Program-made: the position numbers and the translations under genes
In this document: positions 38,671-47,804 of the stretch, in pieces
Layout: every line of letters starts with the position of its first letter
Numbering within the stretch: the stretch's first letter is position 1
Source: Clostridia bacterium
GTDB taxonomy: Bacteria > Bacillota > Clostridia > Oscillospirales > CAG-382
Direction of reading: 5' to 3'
DNA length: 64,000 nt
Assembly: GCA_017397955.1 (NCBI GenBank)
Contig: JAFQHL010000031.1
Location: 8,191 to 72,190 of the forward strand
The notes under the pieces: model-generated
What the model was told of the DNA's origin: nothing
The model's input: only the letters and a program-made list of their open reading frames with translations
Database searches by the model: none

Positions 38671-39528
38671 TCAAACCGTCCAACGGCTGGAAGCACCGCA
38701 AGGCAGACAAAGTCCGCTTTTAACAACGGGCAACCCCAGCTCGTCGCTTTCAACCTTGCCGCCGAATTTGCGGGTAAGAGCATCACCCAATATATAACCG
38801 CAGGTAGAGGGAGAAAGCCCCGCCGTGTAGGAGTTTAACAAAACAAACAACGGGTCGTCGGAAAGCAGGGGGACCAAGTCGGCTACCAAACCGCACAAAT
38901 CTTTCTCAAGTGACCACTTTTCGCCGTTGGGGCCTCTCCCGTAGGAGGGCGGGTCAAGTATAATCGCATCATATTTGTTGCCCCTGCGTATTTCACGGTG
39001 CACAAACTTAAAGCAGTCATCAACAATGTATCTTATGCCGTCGGGACGCACGCCGCTGAGTGCCGCGTTGGTCTTTGCGCGGGCAACCATCCCCTTGGAG
39101 GCATCAACATGGCAGACAAAAGCACCTGCCAACGCCGCAGCAACGGAGGCTCCACCTGTGTAGGCAAACAGGTTAAGCAACTTTATGGGTCTGCCGCTTT
39201 TTCTTATGAGGGAGCTGAACCAATCCCAATTTGCCGCCTGTTCGGGGAACACACCCGTGTGCTTAAAGCCCATGGGAGATACGGAAAACCTAATGTCACC
39301 ATAGCTTATCTCCCATTCCTCGGGCATATTCTTTTTAACCCAACTGCCGCCGCCACCGGAAGAACGGCTGTAGATGCCGTGGGCTTTGGTCCATTCCGCA
39401 CCTTCGCCGCCGCCCCATATCACCTGTGGGTCGGGACGTACAAGCACATAGTCGCCCCATTTCTCAAGGCGTTTTCCGCCGCCGGCGTCTATCAAGGTAT
39501 AGTCTTTCCATTCAAAGGCTATAAACAT
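38671..39528 (-). CDS. Class I SAM-dependent (rRNA-type) methyltransferase
   Basis: HTGVFPEQ, LNLFAYTGG, VDAS, LDPPSYGRG. Confidence 0.88.
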   Translation of the reverse strand: MFIAFEWKDYTLIDAGGGKRLEKWGDYVLVRPDPQVIWGGGEGAEWTKAHGIYSRSSGGGGSWVKKNMPEEWEISYGDIRFSVSPMGFKHTGVFPEQAANWDWFSSLIRKSGRPIKLLNLFAYTGGASVAAALAGAFVCHVDASKGMVARAKTNAALSGVRPDGIRYIVDDCFKFVHREIRRGNKYDAIILDPPSYGRGPNGEKWSLEKDLCGLVADLVPLLSDDPLFVLLNSYTAGLSPSTCGYILGDALTRKFGGKVESDELGLPVVKSGLCLPCGASSRWTV

Positions 39529-39546
39529 AAGGTATCCCCTTTATAA

Positions 39547-40614
39547 TCAATCGTCAAAAAATTTAGTCTGCTCAGCAGTGCCCTTGGGTGCAACAAGCCC
39601 CAAATGGCGGTATGCACCCGCCGTGGCACAGCGCCCTCTGGGTGTGCGGTTTATAAACCCAAGCTGAAGCAGGTACGGCTCGTAAACGTCCTCAAGGGTA
39701 ACAGCTTCTTCGCCCGTTACCGCCGCCAGCGTTTCCAACCCCACAGGCCCGCCGCCGAAATGCTTTATTATGGCGGTAAGCATCCGCCTGTCCGTGCTGT
39801 CAAGGCCTAGTTCATCAATATCAAGACTGCCCAGTGCTCTGTCCGCTATGGCGCGGTCTATAATCCCGTCGCCAATAATCTGTGCAAAGTCACGGACACG
39901 CTTCAGCAATCGGTTGGCTATACGGGGTGTCCCGCGGGAGCGGCTCGCTATCTCCAGCGCGCCGTCGCGGGATATCTCTATCCCCAAAATCCCCGCACTG
40001 CGGGTAACTATTTGCCCTAGCTCCTCGGGTGTATACATTTCCAAACGGAACAGCATACCGAACCTGTCACGGAGAGGGGAGGAAAGCTGTCCCGCCCGCG
40101 TGGTCGCACCGATAAGCGTAAAAGGCTTAAGCGGTATGCGTATGCTCCTTGCCGCCGGCCCCTTGCCCATCATCAGGTCAAGGGCATAATCCTCCATTGC
40201 GGAGTAAAGTACCTCTTCCACCTGACGGGGCAGGCGGTGTATTTCGTCTATAAACAGTATGTCGTTTTTACCAAGAGTGGTAAGCAGTGCCGCCAAATCG
40301 CGGCTTTTTTCTATTGCAGGACCGGAGGTAACCTTAAGGTTTACCCCAAGCTCCTCGGCAATAATCATGGAAAGTGTGGTTTTACCCAAGCCGGGCGGGC
40401 CGTGCAACAGCACATGGTCAAGGCTGTCCCCACGCTCCTTTGCCGCGGCTATAAATACCGACAAATTCTCTTTTACCTTTTCCTGCCCCACATAGTCTTC
40501 AATACACTTGGGGCGCAGGGAATTTTCGTTTTCCGCATCCTCAGCGGAATATCCGCTGTCCATTATACGGCTTTCATAGTCAAATTCATACTCACTGCCT
40601 GTGTTAAGCGGCAT
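39547..40614 (-). CDS. ruvB: Holliday junction branch migration helicase RuvB
   Basis: [40 protein letters not shown]. Confidence 0.98.
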   Translation of the reverse strand: MPLNTGSEYEFDYESRIMDSGYSAEDAENENSLRPKCIEDYVGQEKVKENLSVFIAAAKERGDSLDHVLLHGPPGLGKTTLSMIIAEELGVNLKVTSGPAIEKSRDLAALLTTLGKNDILFIDEIHRLPRQVEEVLYSAMEDYALDLMMGKGPAARSIRIPLKPFTLIGATTRAGQLSSPLRDRFGMLFRLEMYTPEELGQIVTRSAGILGIEISRDGALEIASRSRGTPRIANRLLKRVRDFAQIIGDGIIDRAIADRALGSLDIDELGLDSTDRRMLTAIIKHFGGGPVGLETLAAVTGEEAVTLEDVYEPYLLQLGFINRTPRGRCATAGAYRHLGLVAPKGTAEQTKFFDD

Positions 40615-40641
40615 ACCCGCACCTCCTTTCGCAGTGCATCA

Positions 40642-41226
40642 CTATATCCTGTTAAGGCGTTTAAGCGCCTCACCTATCTTTTCTTCCAAGCTGAGATTTG
40701 CAGGCAGTCCCTTTAGGGCGTTTGTTGCCTCGTCCCTGCGGAATCCCAATACCGTAAGCGCATCCAGCGCGTCGGAATCCACATTCCCCGCTACGGGCGC
40801 GGATGCCTCGTCGCCTTCTATGGCGGTCAACTTACCCGAAAGCTCCAATATTATCTTTTGCGCCGTTTTCAATCCTACGCCCTGTGCGCGGCTTATGGCC
40901 TTTGCATCACCCGCGTTAACGGCGGCGGTAAGGCTTTGCACCGTCAGCCCCGTAAGTATTGCACCTGCCGCTTTGGGTCCCACGCCGGAAACACCTATAA
41001 GCAGTTTGAAAAGCCCCAGTTCTTCCTCTGTGGAAAACCCGTAAAGCTCCATAACGTCCTCACGTACGTTAAGGTAGGTGTAAAGCAACACCTCTTTACC
41101 ATAGTTTGAAGCAAGGTCACCGTAGGTGCTGCCGCTGACCCAGAGCTTGTAGCACACTCCATTGCAATCCACAGCGGCAAAATCCGTTGCAAGCTTTACC
41201 AGCTTACCCTTTATATAGTAAAACAT
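40642..41226 (-). CDS. ruvA: Holliday junction branch migration protein RuvA
   Basis: VREDVMELYGF, VSGVGPK, GVGLKTAQKI. Confidence 0.97.
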   Translation of the reverse strand: MFYYIKGKLVKLATDFAAVDCNGVCYKLWVSGSTYGDLASNYGKEVLLYTYLNVREDVMELYGFSTEEELGLFKLLIGVSGVGPKAAGAILTGLTVQSLTAAVNAGDAKAISRAQGVGLKTAQKIILELSGKLTAIEGDEASAPVAGNVDSDALDALTVLGFRRDEATNALKGLPANLSLEEKIGEALKRLNRI

Positions 41227-41229
41227 ATT

Positions 41230-41718
41230 CTATCTCCATCCGTAGTTATGGCTGACAAAGTTAGCGTGACAAATAGCTATTGCCAAGGCATCGGCAGTAT
41301 CGTCGGGCTTGGGCACCTCATCAAGATGCAAAAGCAACTTGGTCATATACATAATCTGCCCCTTTTCTGCCCTGCCGTAGCCCACCAAATTTTGTTTGAT
41401 CTGCAAGGGTGTATACTCATAGATATCCACACCGCACTGCTCTGCCGCCAACAGTATTGCGCCGCGGCACTGGGCAACGTCAATGGCGGTCTTTGCGTTT
41501 TTGTTAAAAAACAGCTCCTCTATCGCCACAACATCCGGCTTGTGCCGTTTCAGTATGGCAAGCACATCGTCATAAATCTGCCTTATGCGTTTCTCAAGAA
41601 GGGCATGTGGCTTGGTGATAACGGCACCGTATTCCAAAGCTCTAAAGCTTCCGCCCTCGGCGGCAATAATGCCGTAGCCTACCGTGGCAAGTCCGGGGTC
41701 TATACCCAAAATAACCAT
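41230..41718 (-). CDS. ruvC: Crossover junction endodeoxyribonuclease RuvC
   Basis: LGIDPG, IEELFF, YTPLQIK, GRAEK, DDTADALAIA. Confidence 0.97.
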   Translation of the reverse strand: MVILGIDPGLATVGYGIIAAEGGSFRALEYGAVITKPHALLEKRIRQIYDDVLAILKRHKPDVVAIEELFFNKNAKTAIDVAQCRGAILLAAEQCGVDIYEYTPLQIKQNLVGYGRAEKGQIMYMTKLLLHLDEVPKPDDTADALAIAICHANFVSHNYGWR

Positions 41719-41933
41719 AAGAAATCACAGCACCCCACATTTCTCCGCATAATTATCCATATTCAGCTTATTCTAGCACAATATTAAAATATAGTCAACA
41801 TTAAAAAGCCATGCCGCGGTAAAAAAATTAAATTTGTAAAAAAGGTATTGCCAAAACAGCTTTTTTATATTATTATATTGTCGGTAGTTTAGGACTACGT
41901 TCTCAAATATCAGAAATTTGGAGGTTTTTAAAC

Positions 41934-42167
41934 ATGAAAGAAAGAATAATTGAAGTGCTTGCAAAACAGCTTAGAATAGACCCTTCCGAGATCAATGAAA
42001 GCAGTAACATAATGGAAGATTTGGGTGCGGATTCTCTTGACCTTGTAGAAATACTTATGACTCTTGAGAGTGAAATGGGTATAGTTATTTCCGATGAAGA
42101 TGCGCTTACGCTTAAGACCGTTGGTGACGTTGCCGTTTATCTTGAAAGAGTAACGGGCGACAAATAA
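41934..42167 (+). CDS. acpP: Acyl carrier protein
   Basis: DLGADSLDLVE phosphopantetheine site. Confidence 0.95.
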   Translation: MKERIIEVLAKQLRIDPSEINESSNIMEDLGADSLDLVEILMTLESEMGIVISDEDALTLKTVGDVAVYLERVTGDK

Positions 42168-42168
42168 A

Positions 42169-42816
42169 ATGAGCTACAAAGGCGTTATTTTTGACCTTGA
42201 CGGCACATTGCTTGACACGCTGGGGGATATCTCCGGCGCTGTAAGCTATGCGCTTTCAAGGTTTTCTTTTCCTCCCATTGACAGGGAAGGTGTTCGCGCC
42301 CGTATCGGTGACGGTGCGTATAAGCTTATGGAGCGTTGTTATCCCGCAGGCACAAGCGAGGAGGTTATTAACGATTCTCTTAAGTACTTTAGGGACTATT
42401 ACAGAGAGCATCCCATTGTTACCACCTGCCCTTATGAGGGTATAGAAGCCGCCCTTGCCACCCTTAAACAGGCAGGCGTAAAAATGGCGGTTGCAAGCAA
42501 CAAGGACGATGTGTTGGTTAAGTATGTAATAGAGACCTTCTTCAAGGACACCTTCGTTGCCGCCTGCGGCGTTTCCGAAACCCGCCGCCGCAAGCCTTCT
42601 CCCGATATTCCCGATGCCGCTCTTGAAGCCTTGGGGCTTAGCAAGGAAGAGGTGCTGTTTGTGGGGGATTCACTTACGGATAAGCAGACCGCACTATCCT
42701 GCGGCTTTGACTTTTTATTTGTACCGTGGGGCTACGGATATCCCGAAAAGATACTTCCTGCCACCACCGCAAAAAAAGCTGAGGATATAGTTAAAATTAT
42801 CCTTGGTAACCCTTGA
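42169..42816 (+). CDS. HAD-superfamily hydrolase (phosphoglycolate phosphatase-like)
   Basis: FDLDGTLLDT, SNK, KPSP, VGDS. Confidence 0.9.
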   Translation: MSYKGVIFDLDGTLLDTLGDISGAVSYALSRFSFPPIDREGVRARIGDGAYKLMERCYPAGTSEEVINDSLKYFRDYYREHPIVTTCPYEGIEAALATLKQAGVKMAVASNKDDVLVKYVIETFFKDTFVAACGVSETRRRKPSPDIPDAALEALGLSKEEVLFVGDSLTDKQTALSCGFDFLFVPWGYGYPEKILPATTAKKAEDIVKIILGNP

Positions 42817-42872
42817 TTTTTCGGTAAATATAAAGTATAATGTTATATAATGGATTTATGTAAGGAGGATAT

Positions 42873-44018
42873 TTGGCTTTGAAGTTTATTAAAAACGCAA
42901 AAATAATACTTAAAGACCGTATTGTAGAAGGCAAGGCGCTGGCTTATGACGAAAAAATAAGCGGCGTTGTTTCCGTAGATTCTATACCTGCCGATGCAGA
43001 GGTTATAGACGCAAAGGGCGCGTATGTTGCTCCCGGCTTTATTGATATACATATCCACGGCTATCTGGGTGAGGATGCTTCCGACGGTAAGGCAGAAGGT
43101 ATCCGTAAGATGGCAGAGGGTATTGTTAAAAACGGCGTTACAGGCTGGCTTCCCACTACCATGACCGTTTCCGTGGCAGAGCTTACCAAGGCTTTTGATA
43201 CCATCGGCGCACTCAAAGAGGAAAGCAAGAGCTGGAACGGAGCTGCCATCCTCGGCGTTAACGCTGAAGGTCCTTATATAAACGCATCTAAAAAAGGCGC
43301 ACAGGCAGAAGAACATATACTTACACCCACTGCAGACTTCTTTAAGAAGTACGGGGACCTTATAAAGATAGCCACAATGGCTCCCGAACAGGACACCGAC
43401 TTTGCGGCAATAAGAGAGCTTAAGGCAGAGACAGGCATACTCATCTCTATGGGTCATACAGGCGCTACCTTTGAGCAGGCTATGGAAGCTATCGCCAACG
43501 GCGTAGGCCATGTTACCCATTTGTTTAATGCTCAGACTCCTCTTACCCACCGTGCACCCGGCGTTGTGGGCGCGGCTCTTACCGCTGATGTTTCCGTAGA
43601 GCTTATCTGTGATACCTTCCATATCCACAGCGGTTTATTCTCCCTTATCGCAAAGGTTAAGGGCGATAAGCTTTGTCTTATAACCGACTGTACCCGTGCA
43701 GGCGGCATGCCTGACGGTGAGTACGATCTCGGCGGTCAGAAGTTCTATCTTAATGGCATCAAGTGTCTCCTTGAGGACGGCACTATTGCAGGCAGTGTGC
43801 TCAAGCTCAACGATGCCGTACGCAATGTGCTTGCCAATACCGACCTTCCTCTTTACGAGGTGGTTAACGCCGCATCCCTTAACCCCGCTACCGCTATCGG
43901 CGTGGCCGATAAGAAGGGCTCTATCGAAATCGGCAAGGATGCAGACCTTGTTATATTTGATGAAAACATAAATATACATAAAACAATTATAGGAGGCACA
44001 GTACGCTATGAAGCTTAA
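42873..44018 (+). CDS. nagA: N-acetylglucosamine-6-phosphate deacetylase
   Basis: PGFIDIHIHG, EGPY, KGAQ, GHT, THLFNA, ITD, IAGS. Confidence 0.95.
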   Translation: MALKFIKNAKIILKDRIVEGKALAYDEKISGVVSVDSIPADAEVIDAKGAYVAPGFIDIHIHGYLGEDASDGKAEGIRKMAEGIVKNGVTGWLPTTMTVSVAELTKAFDTIGALKEESKSWNGAAILGVNAEGPYINASKKGAQAEEHILTPTADFFKKYGDLIKIATMAPEQDTDFAAIRELKAETGILISMGHTGATFEQAMEAIANGVGHVTHLFNAQTPLTHRAPGVVGAALTADVSVELICDTFHIHSGLFSLIAKVKGDKLCLITDCTRAGGMPDGEYDLGGQKFYLNGIKCLLEDGTIAGSVLKLNDAVRNVLANTDLPLYEVVNAASLNPATAIGVADKKGSIEIGKDADLVIFDENINIHKTIIGGTVRYEA

Positions 44019-45381
44019 AGTTACCCCTGTTTTGGATCCCCAGTTTGCACCTATGTCCGTTGTATGCAGAGATTTTGAGGAAGCCGTTAAGGCCGACGGT
44101 CAGGATGTTGTTATAGGCGTTGTTCGTAACAACGATTATACCTCTGTTTACAAGACCCGTATCTACAAAGAAGGTACAGGTAAGGACGAAGAGAACTACA
44201 GATATATTGAACGCCTTGTTAAGACCATGCTTTGGGTTTACGGCGGCTATAAGATTATACTTGCAGGCGCGCCCGTTCTCGGTGAACGCATCGTTGCCGC
44301 TTACAAGGACGGCGGTGAGCGTGAGTTTGACTATAAGTTTATGGAACGCGTTTACGAAAAGCCTTTTGAGGTTGTTCTTACCGACCTTGCTAACGCGCCC
44401 GAAAGATACGAAACCGCAAGCCCCATCGGCAGACACCTTGACGGTTGCCGCATAGGCTTTGATGCAGGCGGAAGCGACAGAAAGGTTTCTGCCGTAATCA
44501 ACGGTGAATCCGTTTATTCCGAAGAAGTTGTTTGGTTCCCCAAGACCAACACCGACCCTAAGTATCACTACGAAGGCATACTTAATGCAATGAAGACCGC
44601 GGCTTCCAAGATGCCCCGTGTTGACGCTATCGGCGTTTCCAGCGCAGGTATCTATGTTGATAACCGCATAATGGTTGCTTCTCTCTTCCTCAAGGTTTCC
44701 GACGAGGACTTTGATAAGCACGTTAAGAATATGTATATTGACGTTGCCAAGGAAATCGGCGATGTTCCCCTTGTTGTTGCAAACGACGGCGATGTTACCG
44801 CACTTGCAGGTGCAATGTCCCTTGGTGATAACAATGTTGTAGGTATCGCTATGGGTACCTCCGAGGCGGCAGGTTACGTTGACGGCGCAGGCAATATCAC
44901 GGGCTGGCTTAACGAGCTTGCTTTTGTTCCCTGCGATTTCTGCCCCGACGCAATGGTTGACGAATGGTCCGGCGACTACGGCTGCGGCGTTAAGTATTTC
45001 TCTCAGGACGGCGTTATTAAGTACGCTCCCGCCGCAGGTATTGAGCTTGACGAAAACCTTTCTCCCGCTGAAAAGCTGAAGGTTGTTCAGAAGCTTATGG
45101 AAGAAGGCGACGAACGCGCCGCTAAGGTTTACAGCACCATCGGCGTTTGCTTCGGCTACGCACTCGCTTACTACGCACGCTTCTATGATATCAAGCACAT
45201 CCTTATTATGGGTCGTGTTACCTCCGGTGAAGGCGGCACAATCCTCCTCGGCAAAGCTAAGGAAGTTCTTGAAACAGAGTTCCCCGAACTCGCCGCTAAG
45301 ATGCAGCTTCACATCCCCGATGAAAAGAGCCGCCGCGTAGGTCAGTCCGTTGCAGCAGCTTCTCTTCCCGAAATAGGCTAA
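44008..45381 (+). CDS. ROK family protein with ~140-aa N-terminal extension
   Basis: GFDAGGSD, NDGDVTALAG, MGTS; overlaps the nagA stop. Confidence 0.8.
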   Translation: MKLKVTPVLDPQFAPMSVVCRDFEEAVKADGQDVVIGVVRNNDYTSVYKTRIYKEGTGKDEENYRYIERLVKTMLWVYGGYKIILAGAPVLGERIVAAYKDGGEREFDYKFMERVYEKPFEVVLTDLANAPERYETASPIGRHLDGCRIGFDAGGSDRKVSAVINGESVYSEEVVWFPKTNTDPKYHYEGILNAMKTAASKMPRVDAIGVSSAGIYVDNRIMVASLFLKVSDEDFDKHVKNMYIDVAKEIGDVPLVVANDGDVTALAGAMSLGDNNVVGIAMGTSEAAGYVDGAGNITGWLNELAFVPCDFCPDAMVDEWSGDYGCGVKYFSQDGVIKYAPAAGIELDENLSPAEKLKVVQKLMEEGDERAAKVYSTIGVCFGYALAYYARFYDIKHILIMGRVTSGEGGTILLGKAKEVLETEFPELAAKMQLHIPDEKSRRVGQSVAAASLPEIG

Positions 45382-45394
45382 AATTTAATACATA

Positions 45395-45428
45395 AACAAA
45401 AAACGCCCGCAAAAGCGGGCGTTTTTTG
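45395..45428 (+). terminator. Intrinsic terminator
   Basis: AAAAAACGCCCGC-AAAA-GCGGGCGTTTTTT. Confidence 0.88.
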
Positions 45429-45491
45429 TATTTAAGTCCGTTTTATTGCTCTGTGTTTTTGCTAAAATTCGGTTGAAAGGAGGCAGGATAT

Positions 45492-45692
45492 ATGAAACAA
45501 TGCCTTTACAAAAGCTATGAAGAGCTGCCTATTGTGCTTTCCGCAAAAGAACTTGCCGCCGCCTTGTGCATATCACGTTCGGGGGCATACGGACTTTTAA
45601 AAAGTGAGGGCTTCCCTTCGGTGAAAGTGGGCAACCGAGTGATGGTAGGGAGAGCCGCCTTTATCAAATGGCTGGAAAAAGAGGGGCAATAA
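45492..45692 (+). CDS. Excisionase-like helix-turn-helix protein (HTH_17/MerR-like)
   Basis: ELPIVLSAKELAAALCISRSGAY...FPSVKVG...FIKWL; AAAGGAGG RBS. Confidence 0.85.
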   Translation: MKQCLYKSYEELPIVLSAKELAAALCISRSGAYGLLKSEGFPSVKVGNRVMVGRAAFIKWLEKEGQ

Positions 45693-45792
45693 GTTACTGT
45701 TTTGCATTTGCGTCGGGCAAACTGTTCCATATTGTCTTCGGCGTAACAGATGCATGAGGCGTTGTGTTTTGCATGATGCTTGCGGTATGCTC

Positions 45793-45944
45793 GTAGGGCG
45801 GGGGTTTATCTCCCGCCGCCGCCAAACAAATAAATCAAACATTTCCTTTTGTCAATCAAACATACCTGCCTGTGTTTCCTTATACACGGACATTTGGTTC
45901 TGCAGCCCTGCCTTGCGGCGGCGGGAGATAAACCCCCGCCCTAC
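45793..45944. repeat. REPIN-like doublet of GTAG-type REP sequences (30-bp perfect inverted repeats)
   Basis: GTAGGGCGGGGGTTTATCTCCCGCCGCCGC (45793-45822) and its exact reverse complement (45915-45944). Confidence 0.8.
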
Positions 45945-46002
45945 ATCATTATTGATGTGTTTTGTGTATAATTTTTTGCTTTTCGTGTGCGCCGCGCATC
46001 GT

Positions 46003-46026
46003 TGTGTCGAGCACATCGGCACCTAC
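46003..46026 (-). repeat. Solo GTAG-type REP-like hairpin
   Basis: Minus strand GTAG-GTGCCGA-TGTGC-TCGACAC. Confidence 0.5.
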
Positions 46027-46098
46027 AAACTTATCGTTGATTTTGACGGTATGTGGCTTCGTCGTTAGATATAATTGCCTGAAGACAAATTCTATGAC

Positions 46099-46129
46099 AA
46101 AAATTCCTCTCGTTCAGAGAGGAATTTTT
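46099..46129 (-). terminator. Terminator downstream of dapF
   Basis: AAAAATTCCTCTC-GTTCA-GAGAGGAATTTTT. Confidence 0.75.
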
Positions 46130-46139
46130 ATCGATAATC

Positions 46140-46979
46140 TTATATTTCGATTATGCCGTCGCAAACCTTAACAGCGGGACCTGTCATAAGTACTCGCTCT
46201 TCGGTAACATTTATCACAAGCTTGCCGCCTTTGAGGCATACGGTAATGTCCTCGCCTGCGGGGCAATATCCCAATGCTACCGATACCGCCGCAGAGGCGC
46301 AGGCACCCGTGCCGCAAGCCCATGTTTCGCCGCTTCCGCGTTCCCACACACGCATCTCAATAGTGTGGGGGTCAAGTACTTTTATAAACTCCGCATTAAC
46401 CCGTTCGGGGAAGGCGGGGTGTACCTCCATAGCCTTGCCGTAAACTTCCAAGGGGAAGCCTTGCACATCGTCCACATAGCACACGCAATGAGCACTGCCC
46501 ATGGATACGGCGTTACATAAAAACTCCTTGCCTTCTACCGTAAGGGGTACGGACAAACAGTCGTCGCTGTCCCAAACCACGGGAACAGCGCTTTTTTCAA
46601 ATACGGCTTTGCCAAGGTCGGCTTTTACCGCCACGGCAACACCGTTTTCCACCTGCATATACAGGGTTTTTATGCCGCTTAGAGTCTCCACGGTAATAAC
46701 ATCCTTTTTTGCTATCCCGTTGTCGTACAGGTATTTGCCCACGCAACGGATAGCGTTGCCGCACATCCTGCCCTCACTGCCGTCGGCGTTGAACATACGC
46801 ATTTTTGCATCGGCAACCGAGGAGGGGCAAATCATTATAAGCCCGTCGCCGCCTACGGAAAAATGGCGGTCGGAGAGTTTTGCCGCAACCGCGTTGGGGT
46901 CGGCAAGCTCCGTTTCAAAGCAGTTGATGTATATGTAGTCGTTGCCGCAACCGTGCATTTTTGTGAACTTTAAAAGCAT
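46140..46979 (-). CDS. dapF: Diaminopimelate epimerase
   Basis: KMHGCGNDY, NADGSEGRMCGNAIRC, ERGSGETWACGTG. Confidence 0.97.
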   Translation of the reverse strand: MLLKFTKMHGCGNDYIYINCFETELADPNAVAAKLSDRHFSVGGDGLIMICPSSVADAKMRMFNADGSEGRMCGNAIRCVGKYLYDNGIAKKDVITVETLSGIKTLYMQVENGVAVAVKADLGKAVFEKSAVPVVWDSDDCLSVPLTVEGKEFLCNAVSMGSAHCVCYVDDVQGFPLEVYGKAMEVHPAFPERVNAEFIKVLDPHTIEMRVWERGSGETWACGTGACASAAVSVALGYCPAGEDITVCLKGGKLVINVTEERVLMTGPAVKVCDGIIEI

Positions 46980-46982
46980 GTA

Positions 46983-47651
46983 CTATTCTCCTATTCTCCA
47001 ATCCACCGCATCCGCACCCAAAAAAGCGTTGGCGGCAGAAAAATGTCTGCACCCGAAGAAGCCGTTCCACGCGGAAAGCGGGCTGGGGTGTGCGGCGGTA
47101 AGTATCTTGTGTCGGCTGCCGTCAATAAGGCTTGCCTTAGCCTTGGCATAATTGCCCCAAAGCATAAACACCATGGGCTTTTCGCGCTTGTTAAGCAGTT
47201 CTATAACCTTATCTGTAAACTGCTCCCAACCCATACCGCGGTGACTGCCCGCCTGTCCTTCCCTGACTGTAAGGACGGCGTTGAGAAGAAGCACACCGTT
47301 CCTTGCCCAGTCCGTAAGACAACCGTGGCTTGGCGGCGTTATGCCTAAATCCGCTTGCAGTTCTTTGTATATGTTAACCAAAGATGGCGGCGGAACAACC
47401 CCCTTGCACACGGAAAAACAAAGCCCGTGCGCCTGTCCGAAGCCGTGGTAGGGGTCCTGCCCGAGGATGACTACCTTTACATCGTTATAGTCAGTGGCTT
47501 TAAGGGCGGCAAATATATCGTTCATGGGCGGGAATATTCTGTGGGCGCCCCCAAGGTATTCCGCCTTTAAAAATTGCCTGAGCTTGAGATAGTAATCGGA
47601 AACGAATTCTTCTTTAAGAAGTCCGTCCCAAGTGTTGCCAAGATTAACCAA
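46983..47651 (-). CDS. ung: Uracil-DNA glycosylase
   Basis: GQDPYH, PPSLVNI, LLLN, HPSPLS; TTG start at 47651 behind GGAGG. Confidence 0.96.
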   Translation of the reverse strand: MVNLGNTWDGLLKEEFVSDYYLKLRQFLKAEYLGGAHRIFPPMNDIFAALKATDYNDVKVVILGQDPYHGFGQAHGLCFSVCKGVVPPPSLVNIYKELQADLGITPPSHGCLTDWARNGVLLLNAVLTVREGQAGSHRGMGWEQFTDKVIELLNKREKPMVFMLWGNYAKAKASLIDGSRHKILTAAHPSPLSAWNGFFGCRHFSAANAFLGADAVDWRIGE

Positions 47652-47804
47652 AGCAAAAGCACCTCCCATAAAAAAATCATAGCACAAAAAAGACAATATT
47701 TCAAGGTAAAAAGGGCGCAAATGCTTAAATTGTACTTGAAAAAATATAAATAATGTAGTATTATATTAAGGTACATAAAATGTAAGAATGGGGGTGTTTT
47801 TGCT

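Noticed and set aside
45492-45692. Prophage or ICE boundary
   Set aside because: No integrase, tRNA target, att repeats or other mobile genes; both flanks are housekeeping
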